A DNA stretch of 64,000 bases from Psilocybe cubensis. Its lineage: Eukaryota. The DNA is taken from NCBI GenBank assembly GCA_017499595.2, contig CM038999.1, forward strand, positions 3,782,001 to 3,846,000. The letters are read 5' to 3'. Positions 39,912-49,760 of the stretch are shown here, one piece after another (the stretch's first letter is position 1; every line of letters starts with the position of its first letter). A program made the position numbers and the translations under genes. The notes below the pieces were generated by a model, which worked only from the letters and a program-made list of their open reading frames with translations, was not told where the DNA came from and did not search any database.

Positions 39912-39992
39912 GATCAATTAATGAAAGGGGCCACAGATGTATAAGCTTATCGATAGCGTCTTATATAGGTTGTTCGTAGCGGCCAATGTTCA
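39912..39992. promoter_or_regulatory. Putative very short bidirectional promoter between Hsp70 copy C and X3
   Basis: Only 81 nt between the divergent ATGs (39911 and 39993); contains TATA-like GTATAAG and CTTATATAG. Confidence 0.45.
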
Positions 39993-41221
39993 ATGAGTGT
40001 TCCATTGTACATGATCAATCGGGTTTTCCGCCCCCAGAGCGAGAACATTCATCATATCCGAAATGTGCACTCGGCACTCAGAACTATAGGGCGTGCTCCA
40101 GGTGAAGAAGAGGAGGGAAAGGGTTCTGAATGTAGGATCAAAGAGTTAGAGTCCACCAACAGAGCAATGGCGGAAAGACTCTTGAACCTGGAACGACGAT
40201 ATTCTCAACTGCAAACGTTGTTAGATCAACGAACACAGGAACTGAAAGAATCTCAAGCTTTCCTCAAGAAGCCAGACGATGTTCCCGAATCCTTGGTCAT
40301 AAGGAAGATAGAGGATGTTAATACTCGGATTTTCAACATGTCCATGGCTATTGTCGACATTTTCGAGCAAAATCCAAAGATGGATCTGGAAGAAACATTT
40401 GTCCAAGAAGGATACATCGATCGATGTCGGAGCGTTTCAAGAACGGCAGTTGGCGAACTACTTTACTCTTCAGTTTGCCAGGTCGATGAGGCCATCATGC
40501 ACAGGCTACCAGTTGTACCCGAGGATACCATACCGATGCAGCTTGCACTGCGAAGTGTTCTGCTGAAATGGGCTATGAAGGTTGTTGGGTTGCCAGGAAA
40601 TTTCCCCGAAAACAATGGGACAACAGAGCTGTACAAATTCATACGGGTACGAGGTCAGTGGTAGTGTTATGAGTAGAAAGTGTTGATGGCATACTTTTCA
40701 TCGAGACAGAACCCCAGTCAGTCTCGTCACAGTGGAGATCGATTGCCTTTCGTGCCTCCCCCCCAGCGATTCCATCCGGAGCCATTGTAGACGAAATAAT
40801 GAGCTTACTTTGTGTTTGTGGCCTCTCAAGCCTGAACCCGCAGATTCTCTTCATACGGGAAAACATTCGAAAGCGCACAGTCGACACGGAAAGATCATTG
40901 CAGGAGCTGAGAAGCATCATTCATACTGGTGTCACATCGAGTGACATGGAAGTATCAATGGTGGAATGCGACACTCCATACGACCCAAGCACAATGGTTG
41001 ACGTATTCAGTTTGGAGACACGGTCGAGTTCGAATGTCCAACAAGTTCTTTGCACAGTGGGCCTTGGGATACGAAAAACCACGGCAAAAATGAAGGAATT
41101 GGGGGAGTTTCATCTGGTTACGGAGTTACTGAAAAGGCCTGAAGTTGCCTTGGTCCAATTACTTGATAGCTTTAAGAAACCTGCTGATCGGGACTTCGAT
41201 GCACATTTGGATCAGTCTTAG
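39993..41221 (+). CDS. Coiled-coil family protein X3 (shortest member)
   Basis: ORFs 39993..40664 and 40799..41221 are joined by phase-1 intron 40654-40709 (FIRVR/EPQSVSSQWRS). Motifs LDQRTQELKESQAFL, MQLALR, GVTSSDME, TPYDPSTM, VLCTVGLGI, LLKRPEVAL. Confidence 0.8.
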
Positions 41222-41889
41222 TAGCCACAAGTGCTTTTGAAGCAAATAATATGCACTTCACTGAATCTTGATCTATATCAAAGGAAACGCCGCAATTTGA
41301 TTAAGAGAAATTTTGATACTCGAAAAATGACAGTGGCAGGTGTGATTGTGTAAAACGTTGAATAGAAAAAGAGAGAGAAAAGAGGAAGAAATGGAAAATG
41401 AGGGAGTGATGGATTGAACTTTAAGCTTTAACGTTTAACCCCGAGGGCCGAACCAAATACCTTACGTAAATGTACCAATTTTATTTTTAAATGTATGTAT
41501 TGTAATTTTTAATGTTTGTACATAGTCTCACGTTTAAATCTCCGAGTAAATGAAAATGGATAGAAAATCAAATTTGGAAAAAGCGGTGTCTCCAGTTGAG
41601 CGGGTTAATCATAAGTTTGACTCGGACTCAGAGCACATTACACAATTCAGTATAAATTCATTCAATTTCTATAAATTAAGCAAGGGCAGACACTAAAATT
41701 GACTGTATGTCGTTAGTAGAGAGACAATGTCGAATAGTCCATGTAGGTCCATGTGTATGATACGCAAAAAACAAAAGACCCAGTGATGCTAAATACAAGA
41801 TGAAATAATGGGTTGGATTCGCTTCTCCCTTGCGGCTACTAAGAAAACTCCTGCCCTGTTCCCGCTACCTGAGCAAGAAAACAATTGTT

Positions 41890-43078
41890 CTACCAGATTC
41901 CCATTATTTCGAGCTCTGTTAGTTGAGCTCGGGGATTGCCACAAAAAGACCGGCCTCTGGCCTCCTCTTCATAATCGGGCCCCAGCCACTGGTATGCTGT
42001 TCCAGAAATCGCAGGTCGGTTGGTAGAAAGATTCTGAGTCCTTTGGGGTATGGGGGATATGGTCCTTGGAATCTCATGGAATGTTGAGTTGAATGTAGGA
42101 GCATTGTCGAGGATACTTGTGTCTAGGTCACTAGGGCTATTTTGGATCACTCTTTTATCGACATGAAGGGGAGTCCAGACGAGGTCTATCTTTTCCGCGA
42201 TTCCAGCAGCAAATTTGCCGCGCGTTGGTTTGGCTCGATTTTGCTTCTTCCGAGATGTAGGTTCGGGATCTTCGGCCTTTCTTTTAAGCACTGATGTTTG
42301 TCTCGCTGGTTCAACGCCAAGTGCTTCTTGTCGCTGTGAAAACTATAATTTACTCCTTCGAAGGTACCAGGGGTGTATTGAGTGGCTTACCATGGTGCTT
42401 AAACCGGAGGGTTCTGGTGCCAAAACCTGCTGGGTAATCTTTTGAGGATGCTCACGAATCTTCGATGGAGCCTTCCCTCTGAGAACGGGCATTTGTGTAT
42501 TCAACAAATTCTGTAAACAGTATAGTTAAATATACAGATTCAAAGGAATTTTTATCAACATACCCGCGTGGCAGAACTTGGGTCTGGTAGATGTCGTGGG
42601 TCCCGATGAGAAGAATATATATATTCAGCCTGCGGCTGTATAAAGTTTTCTTGAGTAGATCGGTGAACATTTTGACTACTAGCAGTCTGAGAAAGTGTTG
42701 GTCAGTAGAAGAAAAAGGATGTTGTGATCGACTTACCTCGACGACGGGAGCCCATAAAGTCGGAACAGCTATAGCTCTACTGAGAACCCCATGCTCATCC
42801 TGGAACTCTGATGATGTAGCCACGGTTGAGGGGGAAACATTACGACATAATGGGTCACTTCCTTCGGCCTCTTCTTCTTCAGATAGCACCTCTCCAAAAA
42901 GCTCTTCCTCTTCTTCACGGCTAAGAGCTTGATACGACTCGGAGCTGTGTGCATCGGCAAAGAAAGCTGCTATCGCGTCAAAAAATCCTAAGAATGCATA
43001 AATGGGTGGAGGATAGGCTGGTGTGCAGACAGTGCTTGCACTTTCATAAGTTAATGTCGGAATTACGCAATGGGACAT
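41890..43078 (-). CDS. Hypothetical multi-exon protein (acidic N-terminal part, basic NLS-like KRK/RKK segment)
   Basis: ORFs 42452..43078 and 41890..42291 with intervening GT-AG-like segments; no recognised domain; ends uncertain. Confidence 0.4.
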
Positions 43079-44162
43079 CTCGGAGCTCTACAACCAGAAT
43101 CGTGGTCAGTTGAAGGAATATAGGATGATAGTTCGGAGAAGAAACTAGAGTGATAATCTGGTTGGAAAAAGGAAATAATGAGATGCAGGCCCTTAAATGA
43201 TCCGCGAAGTTCTCAGATAAAGGTAACGGAGCTCGAATAAAGGCCATGTCGTCAAAGCGTGTCAAAGGGGTTGAACAATGGCCCACATCCAAATTGGATC
43301 AATGGCACAGGAAGGATCTGGGTTAGCAAACAATCGTGGTTACCACAAGCCCAATTATTATATAGTCAAGTGGCACCGATCCATATTTATTATATCATGG
43401 TCCTTTGAAAGTTCAACTTGCGACATTAATAATAATGGATTGACCGACGTGAAAAGGGTAATCGCGCAGCTATGGTAACTCGCAACTAGTGACCAGAATC
43501 TGTATAAGATCTTCCTGTAGAAGCAGAGGGAGCAATAGGAGAGTCAGTGAAATGGTCCAAGCACTAAAAATCGAATTGTTTTGAAGCTGCCCTGAGCGCT
43601 TGAATGCTGTGCACCTGTTATTGAGGATGGTGGTACATCAAAATGTACAGTGAGAAATTGGGAGTTATCAAGGCGCAGCCAGACAACGTATTGGTCGAAG
43701 TAGAAGCAGGTTTGTCGAATGGTGACTTTTGGGTTGTCGTGATAACCTGCCAGCAAGATCATAAGTTCAAGGAGCAAAAAGTTTGGCTCAAGTTTTTCTA
43801 TGCAAGTAAATTGGTCAAGAACACTTCAAAAAGTGAAAAAAAGAGCTAGCTGATAGTCACCGTACCTCTTAGAAAAGTAGCTGAAAAAATCCTGAAACGT
43901 GCAAGAGCGTTGTCGGACGTCGTCTGACTGAAATGACTGAATATATTTATGTTCGTTTCGGCAGTGCTCGGCAAGGGACCACTGGCAGTTAGCAAAGTAT
44001 TAAAATTAATTGCTTAATATAGTAATCATGTAAATGTGGTTTTATTTCTTACATTCGTTTCTGATTGCATTTCGACAACCTCTCAACCTCTTCATCTTCC
44101 TCATCCCCATTTCTTAACATTCTTTGTCTATCGTCTAAGTCTAGCATTTGGACTCATTACAA

Positions 44163-45598
44163 ATGTCGACGACGATCTCTAAGGGAAAGGGGAAAAGCGT
44201 ACCATCTTCAAATTGGCTGAATCTTCAAAAGGTACTACTAGTGGCTTGACTGTTAAAACCCCTTCATAACCTCTGTGATTCAGCAACTAGCAAAAACCGA
44301 AAAGAAGGAATACCACTCTGTCCAAAAGGGTGCATCAAAGAAGCGACGAAAACTAGATGGCGCCTCGACTGAAAACAAATTTTCGAAATTGTATATCACA
44401 TCGAACGAACGAGAGTCTTCGACCTTTTCACAAGTGCCAGAAGCCAGCGGATCTTCTAGCGCTGCTGTCAAAAATGGGGAATCAACTTCATCATTACAGC
44501 AGATGATACTTGGCCACACTGAGTATACCGAGAGTCAGAAACTGTGAGTTGTTTTCGGACTTGTGCTTCTGCCTCTTTGATGACATAGGAAAAGACCAGG
44601 AAAATACCTCGCATTGGATTGTGAGATGGTGGGTGTGGGTATAGATGGCGTCGAGTCTTCCCTTGCCCGTGTGAGCTTGGTCAATTTCTACGGCGCGGTT
44701 ATTTTGGACGAATTCGTTCGCCAGAAAGAGCGAGTTGTTGACTATAGAACACAGTGGAGTGGCATAAGAGAGTCTGATATGGTGCACGGTAGGTAATGCC
44801 ATCGCTTAATGTACGAAGATCAAGGAACTGATGTCTTGCTTCTCAGCAAAACCTTTCGAGGAGGTTCAGAAGAAAGTGGCGGATTTGTTGAAGGATAGGA
44901 TATTGATCGCACATGCCGTTCATAACGACTTGAAGGCACTATTACTGTCACATCCAAGATCCCAAATACGTGATACCCAATTCTATGCATACAAATTTGG
45001 GCTCTGCAAGACCAAACGCGTCGCTCTTCGCAATCTTGTGAAACAAGAAGTCGGCCTTACCATTCAGAGTGGTGAGCACTCTAGTGTAAGTTCGGTTACC
45101 TTTTCCCCTTATATTCAATCTCACGTCGTTTCTCTTCAGATCACGGATGCGCGTGCCACAATGGCTGTTTATCGTTTACACAAAAAGGAATGGGAAAAAG
45201 GCAGCCGACCCCAACCTGTAGGAGTGCATGCCGCCTCCAAGGCCGCATCATCGAAGCGAAAAGCGCCCTCACAGTCTGGATCTGATGAAGAAGAGGGCGG
45301 CGACGGCGGCGACGACGACTCGAGTGACAGTGAAGCACATTCACGTAGAAAACCCTCACCAGCACTTGTCAAGCCTGTACTGAAAGGGAAGAATACCCCT
45401 AAAGAATACCCTGGAGGCGGAAGGAAAGGCGTTAGTTCAGGTTTATCAACAGTCATCCGTCGCGCGGGTGAAAAGACGAAAGCTGGTGGTGGCGTTATTG
45501 ATAAAGCGACTGTTAAGACAGAATGGTGGAAGCAATTGCCAGGCGGTGTTTCTTCTGGTGGTTCCAAGGGTTCTGTAAGCATTGTATCGAGTAGATAG
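44163..45598 (+). CDS. REX4: RNA exonuclease 4 (DEDDh 3'-5' exonuclease)
   Basis: N-terminal SSNW motif; [65 protein letters not shown]. Confidence 0.9.
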
Positions 45599-45875
45599 TA
45601 CTTATATCACGAGCTGAAATCTTACCAATGTTTCAATCCTTTAATTCTTCGAAGAGCATCCCAGTATCTATGAGTGTTCACTGTTGATTTCCATTGAATT
45701 TCGTGATTGTTAGTATTCGAATTGATGAGGGTGGGAATGACATATTGTCGCTTGAATCGCGTCAACGTTACGCTATTTCTAACCATGAACCATATTGTTC
45801 ACTTGTCGTCTCTTCGCATTCTCTCACCACGCAAAACACACCTATACTCATCAAGTTTTTGTTGAAGTCTCGGAT

Positions 45876-47476
45876 ATGAAACAAAGCTCACAAGCCACTA
45901 TCAATGAACTTATCGCGGGAAGTGTTGGAGGTGCAGCGCAGGTCTTAGTCGGGCAGCCTCTGGATACAATCAAGACTCGGGCTCAGATTGCACCCAGTTG
46001 AGTTCTCCATATCTCTCTTGACACGGAAGAGTCTAACACTCATGCCAATAGAGGATATGTTTGTGAGTAGGACGATAGCGGATGGGGTCTCGGGTTCATA
46101 TCGCTGAGGATCAACACGATTCGTTTCTTCTTGGCGACACAGAAAGGGCCCATGGACATCCTGAAGCAAACGCTGCGCAACGAAGGATTCTTTGCTCTGT
46201 ACAAAGGTGCGATACGACCAGTGTTCCAATTTCTGTTTCCTGAGACTGATGTCCTATCGGATTCTTCAGGAATGGCCAGCCCCTTGCTCGGAATCGCAGG
46301 CGTCAACTCATTGCTATTCGCTTCCTACGGAATCTCGAAACGAATCATATCGCCCTTCCCCCAACTGTCTCTCAAAGAAATAGTAGCAGCTGGTGCTATG
46401 GCCGGTGCGGCAAATGCCATTCTTGCAAGTCCAGGTGAGTTTGCTTTAATTCCCCATTAGTTGGGATGTTATCATATGCCTACATGCTAAAAGAATGCAG
46501 TCGAGATGTTCAAGGTGCGGATGCAAGGCCAGTATGGAGCTGCCACCGACAAGCGACTTTCGGCTGTTGTAAGTGAGATGTGGAGAGATTGGGGATTCAA
46601 AAAGGGTATCATGCGAGGATATTGGGTGCGTGGATGTCCGTCTTTGGGAGCATATCACATTCTGAATATCCGTTTTTTGACTCATAGGTGACTGTTGCAC
46701 GAGAAATACCCGCGTATGCTGGGTAGGTTGAAAATGCAATTCGTCTTAACCGTCCGTTTTTGTCTCAACGAGTTGGTTTTGTAGATTTTACACAGGTAGT
46801 TTATCTTCATGACCTTAACAATTGAGCGTTGATGACGGTGCTATGCCAACAATAGCCTTCGAATTCTCAAAACGACAGTTCGGGCAGAAATACGGGTCTG
46901 ATGTACCTGTTTGGGCTCTCCTAGCTAGTGGATCCACCGGAGGGGTACGCTTTTTTAAAAAATGAAATCATAGATCATTTGAAGTTATAACATCGACACA
47001 GATCGCCTACTGGCTCGCATGTTACCCCTTGGACGTCGTCAAGTCTCGCATCCAGCTTCGTGCGACTCCTCCATCCGGTACACCAGTGCAATACATCGCT
47101 CATGAAATAAAGACAATAATACTGGAATCCGGAGCGTAAGCGATCTCATGGGCATATGCCTTCTAATTTACAACTAAAATGATTAAAAAAGAACTGGCTT
47201 ATTCCGCGGTCTCTCTCCGTCTCGTGAGTTCAGTTTTAGATTCAGTGGTTTGCTCTTTACTGAGCCATACCGTCATTTTTACAGTCCTGAGAAGGTTCGT
47301 AATTCTCTTTGGTCATCGTAATGTTGTTGACGTTGTTTAATTTTCGCTCAGTATACCTGCTGCCGGGAGCACCTTCGCAGCTTTCGAACTGACGAGGGGT
47401 AAGTTAAAATTTTATGGATTTTCCAGTGTACTTATAAAACCATATAGACTATTTAGAAAGGGTCACCGGGGTTTAA
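45876..47476 (+). CDS. Mitochondrial carrier family (SLC25) protein, carnitine/acylcarnitine- or YMC-like
   Basis: Three PxD/ExxKxR signatures (GQPLDTIKTRAQ, SP|VEMFKVRMQ, YPLDVVKSRIQ), plus LYKG|MASPLLG and REIPAYAG; many small introns; TAA 47474-47476. Confidence 0.88.
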
Positions 47477-47751
47477 AAATATCTATACCCTATTTTTAAT
47501 CCTTGTATTTCTATTTAATGGGCATCCAAATTTCCGCTTGTAAAAGCAAATCTTTCAAACTAGCGATTGGATTCGGCGACGACCAAATGCATACAAGAGG
47601 AGGTGGTTTGAAGGGTGACCAATCGTGTTTTTCATTTTCATTGGAAACAGATCACAGCCATGTGTCAACCACGTTGGGCGAGCATGGATGTGGCAATTTC
47701 TAGGTACCACTATCGCAAGCATTTTCCAGCTTCCGTTCCCCGAGCACGACC

Positions 47752-49441
47752 ATGACCTCTAGAATATACTCTTTCTACAAAGGAGCCATGGAATACATCA
47801 CTGTACCATTCGGTTCGAGCGACGACGAGCATTCAATCAAGGCTGTGGAAACTGCGACAACATCTAAGCATCATTCCAAGCACGACAAAACTTCCAAATC
47901 TTCAATTGCGAGGAGAGGAGATACGCAGGGCGTCGATAACTCGAGTTCCGTGACATTGACAGGGAAACGGGCGATAGACGAGAGTGGGAGGAGCAGCAAG
48001 CACAAGCTATCACGTAAAGCTGTCGCCGAGGAAAGGGTGACAAGCCGACCTTCCTCAGTCCTAAGTTCACCATCCTACATCAAAGATCATGTAAAAAAGC
48101 GGAAAACTGCGGCGCAGGAGTCGGCCAAGGAGCTAGCACGAGACATCGAAGCTCTTAGGGAGCAACTTCTGTTTTCTCAGAAGGAACTCATCGATGCAAA
48201 TCTCAAGATTACAAGCTCAGAGAAGAGGATCATGACACTCGAGAAGGAGAAACAGAGTAATTTGGACCAATGCAAGGCCGCCGAGGACACGCTTACTGTT
48301 CAACTCAAAGATGCTCAAAGACGTGTGGCCGAACTCGAAGCGAAAAACCGAAAGCAGGAAGGAGAACTACGCATCTTTCATGAAAAGTTGAACACCGCTG
48401 AGGAGAAGAGTCATAACCTGGGAAAACTTTTGGAGGAGCGAACCGCCGAGTTTAAAGGAACACAGACTTTCATGACCTCTGCCGACACATACTCGGGCGC
48501 TGAAATCATGAGCATGGTTGAAACCATGAACGCTGAAATATTTCAAATCGCAGCTTTCACAGCGGAGTTGGTTGAAACTAGCACGTCGATCGCGACCCCA
48601 GAAGAGCGAAGCGACAACATTCACCGATATCGGGCCCCCTTGGAATCTGCTGAGCGTCGGTTAGGTCGTGAGCTATCCTCCCATATCTCAACCAAATTCG
48701 TCGAAGTACGGGCGGAGCCTTTGCCATTGCAACTGGCCATTCAGGCATTACTTTCTTTTGAATGTGTAATGGAAATACGTACGTTTCGTTACGACCCCTT
48801 TGGGGAATCTTTGGATCAATTGTATAGGAAAATAAAAGCGAGCGGTACGATAAATTCGGTCCTTTCATTCTCTCTGTAATTTCTAACCCATCGTAGAGGC
48901 TCCAGCGGTAGCGGGAAGATGGAGGGCAATCACGAACTCGAAAATGCGCGTGGCGCGTGATTACTCCCGAGTGGAACCTGCCTTGAACATGATTATTGGC
49001 CTGTTATGTGTCTGTGGACTATCCATTCGGAGCATTGAAAAGAACCCACAGTTTTCGACATTGAAGAAGATGTTGCATACGCTGCTGGAGAAGCTCCAAA
49101 TTCAGCTTAAAACTGCGGTTATGGAAGGAATCACAACGACCGACATGGAGGTGTTCATTAACGCCTCTGGATGTCATCTTTCTGCGGCGATGGAGGACGT
49201 TTATGCCGAGCCACAGGGTGATCCCCATAAGCAAAACAAAACTGTGGCGGATGTTGGAGAAAAGAAGGTGCTTTGCACAGTGGGACTAGGCCTCCGGAAG
49301 TCTACTATGAAGCTTTCACGCAATGGACAACCGAAAGACCACATCGATGTTCTAGTTAAGCCGAAGGTCGTTTTGTCCTCGGTTTTGGACGCTATCGGAA
49401 CTGTAGAGGAAGATCACCCACAGGCTCAAGGTGGCAAGTAG
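47752..49441 (+). CDS. Coiled-coil family protein X4 (basic Ser-rich N-terminus)
   Basis: ORFs 47752..48879 and 48944..49441 are joined by phase-1 intron 48845-48896 (KIKAS/EAPAVAGRWRAIT). Motifs LEERTAEFKGTQTFMTSAD, MNAEIFQIAA, LQLAIQ, GITTTDME, VLCTVGLGL, VLVKPKVVL. Confidence 0.82.
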
Positions 49442-49760
49442 TAAATTCAGAAACTTTATTTATTTTCTGTGTAGCAGGCACTTGAGCGACTCAGGTTTAT
49501 TTATTAGTCATTAGTTTTAGCAATTGACTTGCTATCTGTATGATTCTTTTAAATTATTCCTGAACTAGTAGGATTATATTTAGCTTGAAAATATTGACTC
49601 GTCACCATGGAAAAACTGAGCATAATTTAAATGTTTATGGAGATCACAAATACTACAAATGAATGCGAATGCATACGTAGTAATGGGGCATGACGATATT
49701 GCGAATTCAATCCAGGGGTATCCAGTACCATAAATCAAGGAGAATTTTGTTCGTCAGGCC

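Noticed and set aside
16122-49441. X proteins as myosin, SMC or tropomyosin
   Set aside because: The similarity would only reflect generic coiled coil; there is no motor or ABC-ATPase motif, and they share their own C-terminal domain and intron.
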